44,478 nt of DNA. Source: Pirellulales bacterium (GTDB lineage: Bacteria; Planctomycetota; Planctomycetia; Pirellulales; UBA1268). The notes beneath the pieces are model-generated. The model had not been told where the DNA came from. It made no database searches and saw only the letters and a list, made by a program, of their open reading frames with translations. The position numbers were made by a program, and so were the translations under genes. Positions 8,124 to 17,084 of this stretch are shown piece after piece. The stretch lies in the NCBI GenBank assembly GCA_044344765.1, contig JBIJCJ010000002.1, forward strand, positions 1 through 44,478, read 5' to 3'. Position 1 is the first letter of the stretch, and the number at the start of each line of letters is the position of its first letter.

Positions 8124-10637
8124 ATGATCGAGTTTTGTGCGTTTGCGATCGTCGTGCTCGGTGTGCTCGTGGTCCGCATGACCGGCGTGCTGCGCGAAAT
8201 CCAGGAGGCGCAGCGCACCCTGCTCGAGCGGCAGCGGCAGATGGACGCCCTGCTGACGGCGAGTTTCACGGGTCGGGATCAGGCCACGTCTTCCGAGCCG
8301 GCGGTCGTGATCGTGCCCCCGTTCGCCGGGTCCGCCACCCCTGCGCCGATGCCGTCGCCAGTGCCGGCCGCAGAGCCGCCTCCGCTGCCGGCTGTTACGG
8401 CCGCCGCTCCGCAGGCCAAACCGTTCGCCGGTGGGTTCACGGACCTCACGTCCGCCGATCTCGACGTTGCCATTTCCGCACGCGAGGTGGTGCCGGCCGC
8501 GGCCCGCGTCGTCTCGCCGCCACGGCAGCCCTTGCCCCGCGCGGTTCCGAGCCGCTTCGAGACGGCCGCCCGCGACACGCTCGGCAGGATCTGGAACTGG
8601 ATCATCGTCGGTGAGGATCACATCCCGGAGGGGGTTTCCACGGAGTACGCGGTCGCGAGCCAGTGGCTGCTGCGGCTCGGGATCATCGTCCTCGTCGCCG
8701 GCATCGGCTTCTTTCTCAAGTGGTCGATCGACCGCGGCCTGCTCGGGCCCCAGGCCCGCGTGGCCCTCTCCACCGCGGCCGGGCTCGGAATGCTGATCCT
8801 CGGCGCGCGGCTGCTCGGCGGCCGCTACGGAGTGCTGGGCCAAGGCTTCCTCGGCGGCGGCCTGGCCACTCTGTACTTCAGCGTCTTCGCGGCCCACCGG
8901 CTGTTCGGCCTCGTCGACGTCGTCACCGCCTTCGCGCTCATGGCCGCCGTCACCATGCTGGCGGGCGGGATCGCGGTGCGTTTCAACTCGATGCTCGTGG
9001 CCGTGCTCGGGATCATCGGCGGCTACGGCACGCCGCTGATGTTCACGACGGCGGACCCCAACCTGCCGGTCCTGTTCGGCTACCTGCTCGTGCTCGGCTG
9101 CGGCGTGCTGGCGATCTGCTTCTGGCGGAACTGGCCGCTGGTCAACCTGCTGGCGTTCGTGGCGACCTGGTGCCTGGTGCCGCCGGCGCTGGTGCAGTAC
9201 GAGACGAGCCAGTTTCGCGAGGTCTATCCATTCATCGTCGGCTTCTTCGTGCTCTTCTCGACGATGACCTTCCTTTACAAGGTGGTCCGCGGCACGCCCG
9301 CGACGGTCCTCGACCTGTTCGCCCTGTTCGCCAACGCGGCCGTGTTCTTCGGGATCTCCTTCTGGATGGTGGACGACGCCTTCGGCCGGCGGCAGGTGGC
9401 GCTCGTGACGCTCGGCCTGGCCGCCTTCTACACCCTCCACGTGCTCTTCTTCCTCCGGCGCGGGGGCGTGGACCGCGGCCTGCTCGTCTCCTTTCTCGGC
9501 CTCGCCGCCACGTTCGTGGCCGTGACGATGCCGCTGGTGCTCTCGCGGCAGTGGGTCACGGCCAGCTGGGCGATCCAGGCGGTCGTGCTCCTGTGGATGG
9601 CCGAGCGGCTCGAGAGCGGCATCGTGAGACGCATGGGGCTCGCGCTCCTCGGCATCGTGTTCGTGCGGTTCTGCGGCCTTGATCTGGGCCGTACGTTCCT
9701 GCCCGGCGGCAGCGTCGCGGCGGCCGCGGCCGAACTGCCCGTGGGCGGCTACCTGCGGCTCCTCGCCGAGCGGGCGATAGCCTTCGGTATTCCCATCGCG
9801 GCCTTCGGCGTGGCGGCTCGGCTCGTCGGCCGCACGCCGCGGCCCGCCGACCCTGCCAAGTCCGACCGCGGGCACGTCGGTCTCGCCTCATTCCTCTGGC
9901 TCGCCGGGATCGCGGCCCTGCTGTTCTATGTGCACCTTGAAGTCGATCGCACGGCGGAGTTCTTCTTCCCCGCGGCGCGGCTACCGCTGCTGTCGATCGT
10001 CTGGGTCGCCATCGGGGCGATCTTTCTCCGGGAATACGCGGTCGGCGGCAGCTCGTTCGCGTTGGGGCTCGTCGGCTGCGTGGTGATGGCGGTGCTCTTG
10101 AAACTCGTCGCCTGGGACCTGCCGGCCTGGGGCGTGGACGAACGGTTCGTGGCAGGCCCGGGGTACTCGCTGCTCGATGCCGGGCTGCGGGCCCTGGACT
10201 TCGGGGCAGTGATCGCCTTCATGGTGTCGGCCTACGCCGTCACCGGCAGAGCCCGGGCCCGCACGGATGCCCGGCCGCTGCTGGCCGTCGCCTGCCTGGG
10301 CACGCTGTTCGCCTACCTGACCCTGGAGACGAACTCGTTCCTGGCCGCGTATTATCCGGGGTTCCGCGCCGGCGGCGTGTCGATCGTGTGGGCGGTCTTC
10401 GCGCTCGCGCTCGTGCTGGCGGGCATCGCCCGCAACGTCGGGCCGCTCCGGTTGGTCGGGCTCGGGCTGTTCGCGATCGTCTCGGGCAAGGTGTTCCTCC
10501 ACGATCTGGCGAGTCTCGACACGTTCTGGCGGATCGTGGCGTTCATCATCCTCGGCCTGCTGCTGATCGCCGGTTCGTTCGCGTACCTGAAGTATCGCGA
10601 GAAGTTCATGGTCAGGGCCGGGGAGGGGAGGTCATGA
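8124..10637 (+). CDS. large polytopic membrane protein, DUF2339-like
   Basis: N-terminal TM helix, then a coiled segment, a Pro/Ala-rich linker, and about 20 TM helices. This matches the DUF2339 architecture. The ATG at 8124 lies inside the read-through ORF 6348-10637. Confidence 0.7.
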   Translation: MIEFCAFAIVVLGVLVVRMTGVLREIQEAQRTLLERQRQMDALLTASFTGRDQATSSEPAVVIVPPFAGSATPAPMPSPVPAAEPPPLPAVTAAAPQAKPFAGGFTDLTSADLDVAISAREVVPAAARVVSPPRQPLPRAVPSRFETAARDTLGRIWNWIIVGEDHIPEGVSTEYAVASQWLLRLGIIVLVAGIGFFLKWSIDRGLLGPQARVALSTAAGLGMLILGARLLGGRYGVLGQGFLGGGLATLYFSVFAAHRLFGLVDVVTAFALMAAVTMLAGGIAVRFNSMLVAVLGIIGGYGTPLMFTTADPNLPVLFGYLLVLGCGVLAICFWRNWPLVNLLAFVATWCLVPPALVQYETSQFREVYPFIVGFFVLFSTMTFLYKVVRGTPATVLDLFALFANAAVFFGISFWMVDDAFGRRQVALVTLGLAAFYTLHVLFFLRRGGVDRGLLVSFLGLAATFVAVTMPLVLSRQWVTASWAIQAVVLLWMAERLESGIVRRMGLALLGIVFVRFCGLDLGRTFLPGGSVAAAAAELPVGGYLRLLAERAIAFGIPIAAFGVAARLVGRTPRPADPAKSDRGHVGLASFLWLAGIAALLFYVHLEVDRTAEFFFPAARLPLLSIVWVAIGAIFLREYAVGGSSFALGLVGCVVMAVLLKLVAWDLPAWGVDERFVAGPGYSLLDAGLRALDFGAVIAFMVSAYAVTGRARARTDARPLLAVACLGTLFAYLTLETNSFLAAYYPGFRAGGVSIVWAVFALALVLAGIARNVGPLRLVGLGLFAIVSGKVFLHDLASLDTFWRIVAFIILGLLLIAGSFAYLKYREKFMVRAGEGRS

Positions 10638-11536
10638 GCCGCCCGCATGCGATCCTGATCACCGCGGCGGTTCTTGTCGCCGCGGCCGCGGAGGCCGCCG
10701 CCGGCGGGCGGCGTGGGAAGCCGCTCGTGCTGCCGCCGCTCGAGGCGACGGGCCTCGTCGCGGTGCGGCTCGATGCCGACGTCCATGCCGCCGCCGCCGA
10801 CGGCTACGGCGACCTGCGGATCCTGGATGCTCAGGCCGCCGAGGTTCCCTACATCGTGCGGGACGTGATCACGACGGACCTCTTGATCGGCGGCTTTCGC
10901 GTCGTTCGCGAGCCCGATGAGCGGGCGACGCGGATCACGGTCGATGCCCGCCGGCAGCCCGTCACCGAGTTCACGATCGCCACCGATTCCCGGAACTTCA
11001 GCCGGTCGCTGACGGTGACGCGGCCGGCCGAGCCCGATGGCGACGGGCCACGCCGCCCGCGCAGGCCGATCGCCACGGCCACGATTACACGGATCGACGT
11101 CGCGGGCCTGCGCCGCGAGCAGCTGGCGATCGGGCTGCCCGAGAGCCGCCTGGAGACGTACGAGCTCGTGATCGACGACGGCGACAGCCCGCCACTCGCC
11201 GTGACCGGCGTCACGGCCCGCGGCCCGGCCCGCGAGGTCGTGTTCCTGGCCGAACCGGGCGCGGCCTACCGGCTGGCCTACGGCGGTGAGCTCGCTCCGC
11301 CGCGGTACGACACGGCCGCCATCCGCACGGCGGTTGCCGCCCGGGTGGTCGCGACGCCCGCGACGCTCGGAGCGGAGTCGGTCGTCGCGACGCCACAGCC
11401 CGCGGCCGATCCGCTGTGGCTGCTCGGCGACGGCCGCTTCCAGATCGCCGTGATCGCGACGCTGGCGATCATCCTCGCCGCCGCGCTGTTCCGAGCCGCG
11501 CAGCGGATCGACGCGGCCCCACCATCACCGGAGTGA
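10634..11536 (+). CDS. DUF3999-like secreted/anchored protein
   Basis: Signal peptide, ...[16 protein letters not shown]..., ...[17 protein letters not shown]...[17 protein letters not shown]..., and a C-terminal TM anchor. The ATG overlaps the DUF2339 stop (ATGA). DUF2339/DUF3999 pairing is a common synteny. Confidence 0.55.
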   Translation: MSRPHAILITAAVLVAAAAEAAAGGRRGKPLVLPPLEATGLVAVRLDADVHAAAADGYGDLRILDAQAAEVPYIVRDVITTDLLIGGFRVVREPDERATRITVDARRQPVTEFTIATDSRNFSRSLTVTRPAEPDGDGPRRPRRPIATATITRIDVAGLRREQLAIGLPESRLETYELVIDDGDSPPLAVTGVTARGPAREVVFLAEPGAAYRLAYGGELAPPRYDTAAIRTAVAARVVATPATLGAESVVATPQPAADPLWLLGDGRFQIAVIATLAIILAAALFRAAQRIDAAPPSPE

Positions 11537-11538
11537 CC

Positions 11539-12951
11539 ATGACCGCGACCGCACGGAGGCAGGCGCCGTACGTTTTCTTCGGCCAGACGACGTCGCTGTG
11601 CGGCGAGTGCCTGGCGCTCGTGCCGGCCAAGATCGTGATCGAGGAGGGCCGGGTCTACTACCACAAGCGATGCCGCACCCACGGGCCGCAGAAGGTGCTC
11701 GTGTCCACCGACGCCGCCTACTGGCGGCTGTGCCACGACTACCTCAAGCCGGGCGACCGGCCGCTGGCCTTGCAGACGCACACCGAACGGGGCTGCCCCT
11801 ACGACTGCGGACTCTGCCCTGACCACGAGCAGCACTCGTGCCTGGCACTCATCGACGTCAACGAGGCCTGCAACCTCACCTGCCCGGTCTGCTTCTCCGA
11901 CTCCTCGCCGCAGCGGTCGCTCCACCGGCCGCTGGCCGAGATCGAGCGGATGATGGACGCGCTGGTGCGGAGCGAGGGGGAGCCCGACCTGCTGCAGCTT
12001 TCCGGGGGCGAGCCGACGATCCACCCCGAGATCCTGGAAATCCTCGCGGCGGCCAAGCGGCGGCCGATCCGCCACGTGATGCTCAACACCAACGGCATCC
12101 GCATCGCCGAGGATCCCGAGTTCGTGAAGCGGCTCGCCGATCTGCGGCCGGGGTTCGAGGTCTATTTGCAGTTCGACTCGCTGCGGCCGGAGGCTCACCT
12201 CAATCTCCGCGGCGCGGACCTGACGCGGATCCGCCGCCAGGCCATGGAGAACCTGGAGCGGGCCGGCATCTCCACGACGCTCGTCGTGGTGGTGAAACAG
12301 GGGGTCAACGACGCCGAGATCCCGGCGATCATCGACCACGCCCTCCAGTGGCGGTGCGTCCGCGGCGTCGTCCTCCAGCCGATCCAGGACGCCGGCCGCA
12401 ACGAGGGCTTTGATGCGTCAAAGGATCGTTTTCCCCTCTCCGCCATCCGGCGGCGGATCGTCGATTCCGGCGGCTCGTTCGGGGAAGGCGACATCATCCC
12501 GCTCCCCTGCAATCCGGAGAGCATCGCCATCGGCTACGCCCTGCGGAAGGGAACGCAGATCGCCCCGGTGACCTCGTTCTTTCCCCGGGAGCTGCTCGTC
12601 GAGGCCCTGCCGAATGCGATCACGTTCGAGAAATACCCCGATCTGCACAAGCAGGTGCTCGAGTTCTTCTCGCTCGCGACCGCCGAGTGCAACAACGAGA
12701 AGAAGCTCGCCGAGCTGCTCTGCTGCCTGCCCGAGGTGCCCCTGCCGGCGGGGCTGGGGTATGAAGACACCTTCCGGGTGGTGATCGTGGAGTTCATGGA
12801 CGCCCACAATTTCTGCCTCGGCCGCGTGAAGCGGTCGTGCATCCACTTCGTCACGCCGGAAGAGAAGATCATCCCGTTCGAGACCTACAACCTGTTCTAC
12901 CGCGACGCGGCCGCGCAGGCCCGGATGCGGCGGTCGCTGGAGGGGCGATGA
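11539..12951 (+). CDS. radical SAM enzyme with an N-terminal Cys-rich ribbon and an auxiliary-cluster motif
   Basis: CX3CX2C core CNLTCPVC followed by SGGEPT. N-terminal CGEC...HKRCRTHG. Extra motif GCPYDCGLCPDHEQHSC. Conserved tail ...EFMDAHNFCLGRVKRSCIHF...IPFETYN. The start lies 2 nt after the previous stop. Confidence 0.85.
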   Translation: MTATARRQAPYVFFGQTTSLCGECLALVPAKIVIEEGRVYYHKRCRTHGPQKVLVSTDAAYWRLCHDYLKPGDRPLALQTHTERGCPYDCGLCPDHEQHSCLALIDVNEACNLTCPVCFSDSSPQRSLHRPLAEIERMMDALVRSEGEPDLLQLSGGEPTIHPEILEILAAAKRRPIRHVMLNTNGIRIAEDPEFVKRLADLRPGFEVYLQFDSLRPEAHLNLRGADLTRIRRQAMENLERAGISTTLVVVVKQGVNDAEIPAIIDHALQWRCVRGVVLQPIQDAGRNEGFDASKDRFPLSAIRRRIVDSGGSFGEGDIIPLPCNPESIAIGYALRKGTQIAPVTSFFPRELLVEALPNAITFEKYPDLHKQVLEFFSLATAECNNEKKLAELLCCLPEVPLPAGLGYEDTFRVVIVEFMDAHNFCLGRVKRSCIHFVTPEEKIIPFETYNLFYRDAAAQARMRRSLEGR

Positions 12952-13391
12952 GGGGATTGCTGATCGTGCTCTGTACGTTGGGAACGGTCGCTGCAACGCT
13001 GGCGGGCGGCTGCGGCTTGCTGTTCAGTTTCGCGATGGCGGTGGCGGACCAGAACCGGGGCGAGGCCGCCGGGGGCGCCCTGATGATCGCCCTACCGGTA
13101 CTTGCCGTTACCGGCGCGCTAGCGCTGGCAAACATCGCGCTGATCGCCGCGATCGCCAATGGCCGGGCGCCGCGCCGCAATGTCTGGTTCCTGCTCCTCG
13201 CGATCGTGGACCTCGCCATCGCGAGCGTCCTTGCGGCGGCGGGATTCGCCGGGCAGGGGCCGGTGAACCCGGGCGATGCCTTAACCCTTTTCCTGCCGGT
13301 CATGCTGGCGGTCAAGGGCGGGCTCACGCTCCTGCTTCCCGCGCAGCCGCGCCAGCTGCCACCGGGTGAGAACCCGGAGGAGGCTGCATGA
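12948..13391 (+). CDS. small 4-TM membrane protein, paralog 1
   Basis: MRGLLIVLCTLGTVAATLAGGCGLL.... ATGA overlap with the radical SAM stop. It shares its N-terminus and the ...LAN(I)..., ...RR..., ...D.A.A..., ..VKG.L.. landmarks with the next ORF. Confidence 0.6.
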   Translation: MRGLLIVLCTLGTVAATLAGGCGLLFSFAMAVADQNRGEAAGGALMIALPVLAVTGALALANIALIAAIANGRAPRRNVWFLLLAIVDLAIASVLAAAGFAGQGPVNPGDALTLFLPVMLAVKGGLTLLLPAQPRQLPPGENPEEAA

Positions 13392-13840
13392 GGTGGCTCC
13401 TCGTCGTGCTGACGATGATCGTGGCCCTCGGGGCACTGTTTTCCGGAGGGTGCGCCGTGCTGTCGGTCGGCCAGTACCTTTGGCACGGGCCGCGCGGCGA
13501 GCTTCCGGGCGTGCAGCGGGCCATCGCCTGGATTTCCGCCGGCGTGGGACTCGCGGCCGCCGCGGTGCTGGCCGCCAACATCTGGGTCTTGCTGGCGGCC
13601 TTCGGGCCGCCGTCGCCCCGACGCCGCCTGATCGCGTACGTGCTGGCCTGCATGGACGTCGCCACGGCCGCTGCGGCGCTGGCATGGATCGTGTGGGCCG
13701 ACGGCTGGCACTGGGCTGACTGGCAGTGGTCCTTGCTGGCCAAGGCGGGAGCCGTGGCGCTCGGCGTGAAGGGTGTTCTCATCGGCGCGGTCGTCGGCCG
13801 ATGGTGGGCTTCCGGCACCAGTCGCGTGGGCGATCCGTGA
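13388..13840 (+). CDS. small 4-TM membrane protein, paralog 2
   Basis: MRWLLVVLTMIVALGALFSGGCAVL.... ATGA overlap upstream and GTGA overlap downstream. Confidence 0.6.
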   Translation: MRWLLVVLTMIVALGALFSGGCAVLSVGQYLWHGPRGELPGVQRAIAWISAGVGLAAAAVLAANIWVLLAAFGPPSPRRRLIAYVLACMDVATAAAALAWIVWADGWHWADWQWSLLAKAGAVALGVKGVLIGAVVGRWWASGTSRVGDP

Positions 13841-14550
13841 ACGTCCACACGCAATTCGACATCGCCGCGGCCACCGCCGCGGCGGCGATGACCGTCGCCT
13901 GCTTCTTCTGGCGGCTCAAGGACGCGGCGGCACGGATCGAGCACGCCGGCTTCGGCTACGCCTTCGCCCTCGTGGGCGGTGCGGCCTTGGGCGGCTACGC
14001 GGCGGGCACCGCGAACCTGTGGCTTGCGGGGGAGCCGGGGGTGGCCCGGAGCATCGTGGGGGCGCTCGCCGGGGCGATCGCGGCGATCGAACTCTTCAAG
14101 CGGGCCCGCGGGATCACCGGCTCGACCGGGCTGATCTTCGTGCCGGCCTTCGCCACGAGCGTCGCCATCGGCCGCTGGGGCTGTTTTTATTCGGGGCTCA
14201 CCGACCACACCCACGGCTGCCCCACGACGCTCTCCTGGGGCCACGACTTCGGCGACCAGATTCCCCGCCACGCGGTGCAGCTCTACGAGTCGGCCGCGAT
14301 GGCCGCGTTCCTCATCTTTGCCCTCGTGATGCTCGCCCGCCGTGAGCCGTTCTTCATGAGGAACGGCTTCTACCTGATGGTGTTCTGGTACGCGGCGCAG
14401 CGGTTCGGCTGGGAGTTTCTCAAGCCCTATGCATCGCTGCTTGGGCCGCTCAACCTTTTCCATCTCGTCTGTCTGGGGCTGATGGGGTACGCCATCTGGA
14501 TGCTGCGGCGAAGTCGGCGGTCACAGGCCGCCTTACGAGGAAGGCCGTGA
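13837..14550 (+). CDS. divergent prolipoprotein diacylglyceryl transferase (Lgt)-family membrane protein
   Basis: GRWGCFYSG in place of the canonical GRxGNFxNxE, and RHAVQLYES in place of HPxQLYE. About 7 TM helices. The GTG start at 13837 overlaps the upstream stop. Confidence 0.65.
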   Translation: MNVHTQFDIAAATAAAAMTVACFFWRLKDAAARIEHAGFGYAFALVGGAALGGYAAGTANLWLAGEPGVARSIVGALAGAIAAIELFKRARGITGSTGLIFVPAFATSVAIGRWGCFYSGLTDHTHGCPTTLSWGHDFGDQIPRHAVQLYESAAMAAFLIFALVMLARREPFFMRNGFYLMVFWYAAQRFGWEFLKPYASLLGPLNLFHLVCLGLMGYAIWMLRRSRRSQAALRGRP

Positions 14551-14685
14551 GGGGTTGCCCATGCCCCGGGAGCCGGCGTAGCTGACCAGCGGAGGCAGGA
14601 TGCCGGAGCGCAGGCAGCTCCGAGAGAGCGGAGCCCAGGATGGGCGCAGCGAACGTCCGGCGATGGGGCATGGGCGACCCCGAAC
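14547..14685. repeat. family-C ~135-bp element with terminal inverted repeats (copy 1)
   Basis: ggggttgcccatgcccc (14551-14567) against ggggcatgggcgacccc (14664-14680). Its reverse complement aligns along its whole length with 28673-28809. Confidence 0.65.
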
Positions 14686-14761
14686 CCGCACCACCACGGA
14701 GCCTTTCACCGCCTGCCGCCGCGGGTAGGATGACTGCTTCGTTCTCCCTGGAGCACCCCTC

Positions 14762-15343
14762 ATGGTCCGCACCCCTTCCACGATGCTGCCGCTGGGCACC
14801 GTCGCCCCCGAGTTCGAACTCCCCAACGTCGACGGCCGAATCGTCGACTATGCCGCCGCCGCCGGCCCGCGGGGCACGGTCGTGATGTTCATCTGCAACC
14901 ACTGCCCGTTCGTGAAGCACGTGGCCGACGAACTGGCCCGGCTCGGCCACGAGTACCTGCCCCGCGGCATCGGCTTCGCCGCCATCAGCTCCAACGACGT
15001 CGCCAGCCACCCGGCCGACTCGCCCGAGCAGATGGTGCACGAGGCCGAGGAGCGGGGCTATCCGTTCCCGTATCTCTACGACGAGACGCAGGAGGTGGCG
15101 AAGGCCTATCACGCCGCCTGCACGCCCGACTTCTACCTCTTCGACGCCGACCGCAGGCTCGTGTATCGCGGCCAGCTCGACCCGAGCCGTCCGGGCGGCG
15201 ACCTCCCGGTGACGGGCCGCGACCTGCGGGCCGCGATCGACGCGCTACTCGCCGGTCAGTCGCCGGTGGCCGCGCAGATCCCGAGCCTGGGCTGCAACAT
15301 CAAGTGGAAGCCGGGCAATCACCCGGCCTACTTCAATCCGTGA
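14762..15343 (+). CDS. thioredoxin-fold protein (AhpC/TSA-like thiol-disulfide oxidoreductase)
   Basis: APEFELPNVDG..., CNHCP redox motif, ...TPDFYLFD.... Confidence 0.8.
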   Translation: MVRTPSTMLPLGTVAPEFELPNVDGRIVDYAAAAGPRGTVVMFICNHCPFVKHVADELARLGHEYLPRGIGFAAISSNDVASHPADSPEQMVHEAEERGYPFPYLYDETQEVAKAYHAACTPDFYLFDADRRLVYRGQLDPSRPGGDLPVTGRDLRAAIDALLAGQSPVAAQIPSLGCNIKWKPGNHPAYFNP

Positions 15344-15358
15344 CCGCCGAAAGCGGCG

Positions 15359-15622
15359 TCACCGCGGACGCGGGGCGTCGCCGGGGCGGGCGGGGCCGCG
15401 GTTGGCGAACTTGCCGATGTCCTGCGTGTCGCCCGGCTCGAGCCGCGAGGCCCGCAGGTTCTCCCGCTGGATCGCCTCGTACACCTCCTGGCGGTGCACA
15501 GGAACCTCGGACGGGGCGTTGATTCCGAGCCGGACTTTGTCTCCCCGGATGTCCACGATCGTGACGACGATGTTGTCGCCGATCATGATGCTTTCGTCAC
15601 GTTGTCTGGAGAGCACGAGCAT
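15359..15622 (-). CDS. csrA: carbon storage regulator CsrA (with a ~25 aa C-terminal extension)
   Basis: MLVLSRQRDESIMIGDNIVVTIVDIRGDKVRLGINAPSEVPVHRQEVYE matches the CsrA signature. Confidence 0.9.
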   Translation of the reverse strand: MLVLSRQRDESIMIGDNIVVTIVDIRGDKVRLGINAPSEVPVHRQEVYEAIQRENLRASRLEPGDTQDIGKFANRGPARPGDAPRPR

Positions 15623-15684
15623 CGCGGGGGTCCTTCCTGATCCATGCGTGGCGTCGGCTTTCCTCCGCCGACGGTCACTTGTGA

Positions 15685-16125
15685 TTATGCGCTCTTCCTG
15701 AGCGGCGGACGGTCTTGATTGAGTTCGTATTGCAGAGGCAGCTCGCCGCTCGCAACGACTTGACGGCCGGTGCGGGCTTCGAGGTTGATGACGATCGGCG
15801 CTTTCAAATTGAGCGTGAGGGTTTTGCCGTTGGTGCCGACCACCAGCACGACCTGGGCCTGGCGGATGTCGGCGACGGCGAGGGGGGTGAGCTCGCTACG
15901 CGGGATCCGCACCTGGTAGTCGGGGACGAAGCGGCGCGGGCTGACCACCGCGATGGCCACGTCGCCGCGGGTCGTGCTCTGCAGCCAGCCGAGCGCGTCG
16001 TTGGTGGCGTCGGCGAGCAGGGCCCAGTCGCGGCAATCCTCGAGGCCGGGCAGTCCGCTGGCGAAGTGGATGACGTCGCCCATGTCGACGTCGATCCGTC
16101 CGAACCTGGTGGTGTTGATGCGCAT
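15685..16125 (-). CDS. fliW: flagellar assembly factor FliW (CsrA antagonist)
   Basis: ...FASGLPGLED...W..LQS....D.AIAVVSP..F.PDY.....LNLKAPIVIN... matches the FliW family. It lies directly upstream of csrA. Confidence 0.85.
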   Translation of the reverse strand: MRINTTRFGRIDVDMGDVIHFASGLPGLEDCRDWALLADATNDALGWLQSTTRGDVAIAVVSPRRFVPDYQVRIPRSELTPLAVADIRQAQVVLVVGTNGKTLTLNLKAPIVINLEARTGRQVVASGELPLQYELNQDRPPLRKSA

Positions 16126-16400
16126 GACGCTGGCACTCCTTTGCCTTCCCGGCGAGGCGGGCGGCTTGCCCGGCTCCGCGGACTCCCGTCCGCAGGAGTT
16201 TTGATCGGCAGGCAGGGGGGGCGAGGTGGAGAAAAAAGGACTGGCAAAAAAAGGAGGGTGCGGAAGGCCTTGTCGCGTGGGGACTTCCGGGGAATGGCGG
16301 GGTTTGTTCCGGGGCGTTGACCCGCCGCCAAATTCCTCACAATCGTCATTCCGGGCGATGCGGGCGGTGCCCGACGTCCGCCTGACATGGAGGCTGCGGC

Positions 16401-17075
16401 ATGCGCTGGATGGTGGCGATGGTGGGCTTGGGCATCTGCGGCTGCTCGTCGGCGGCGTACGACGCCGCCTATATGAAGCGGGTCGCGGCGCACCGGGTGG
16501 CCGGCGAGTTCGTGGCCCTGCGGTCCGCGGCCACGTCCGTGGCCGACGGGCGGGCCGAGTTGCGGCTGCCGGCGCTGCTGGTCAACCAGCTCGACGGCAG
16601 TGAGACACCGGCCCGCGCCGTGCCCCCGTTGATCCGCGAGTTTCCGGGGTTCGCGGCCGCCTACGAGGCCCAGGTCGAGTCGGCCGCCGGCCGGCTTCCG
16701 ATCGTGCTCACCGTGGGCGTGGTACCGGCGGCGGAGCGGCGCGATGCCGCCGAGGCGATCCTGCGGCAGGTGCGGCAGGACGAGGATTTCAAGCAGGCGG
16801 CGTGGAGCAAGGGGCGGGAACTGGCCGACGAGTCGGCGGCGATCCGCAAGTGGGACGTCCTCGAGCTCAAGGGACCGCAGCCGTTTCAGGTGACGAAGGC
16901 CGACATCACCGACGAGAAGCGGCTGCCGGGCACGACCGCGGTCTGGATGGCCGCCGATGCGGGGCAGAAGGCGTGTGTGATCCTCGCCTGGCGGGTGCCC
17001 GACGACGTCGCGCAGAGCCTGCCACTGCCCGCGATCGCCGAGCTCACGGCCCGCACCGTGCGGCTCCCCGAGTGA
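16401..17075 (+). CDS. hypothetical secreted protein or lipoprotein
   Basis: N-terminal MRWMVAMVGLGICGCSS (signal peptide with a Cys). No recognisable domain. Confidence 0.5.
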   Translation: MRWMVAMVGLGICGCSSAAYDAAYMKRVAAHRVAGEFVALRSAATSVADGRAELRLPALLVNQLDGSETPARAVPPLIREFPGFAAAYEAQVESAAGRLPIVLTVGVVPAAERRDAAEAILRQVRQDEDFKQAAWSKGRELADESAAIRKWDVLELKGPQPFQVTKADITDEKRLPGTTAVWMAADAGQKACVILAWRVPDDVAQSLPLPAIAELTARTVRLPE

Positions 17076-17084
17076 CCGCGGCGG

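Noticed and set aside
14450-15112. 220-aa minus-strand ORF antisense to the thioredoxin-like gene.
   Set aside because: It overlaps a gene with a clear CNHCP thioredoxin-fold signature, covers the family-C repeat, and has a shadow-ORF composition.
16126-16400. A sigma-28-type flagellar promoter upstream of fliW (GCCGATCA-like box), and a TTGACC-N17 promoter upstream of the 16401 gene.
   Set aside because: The -10-like box has no convincing TAAA -35 partner at the right spacing. The TTGACC at 16317-16322 has only a poor -10 element. There is not enough evidence to list either as a feature.
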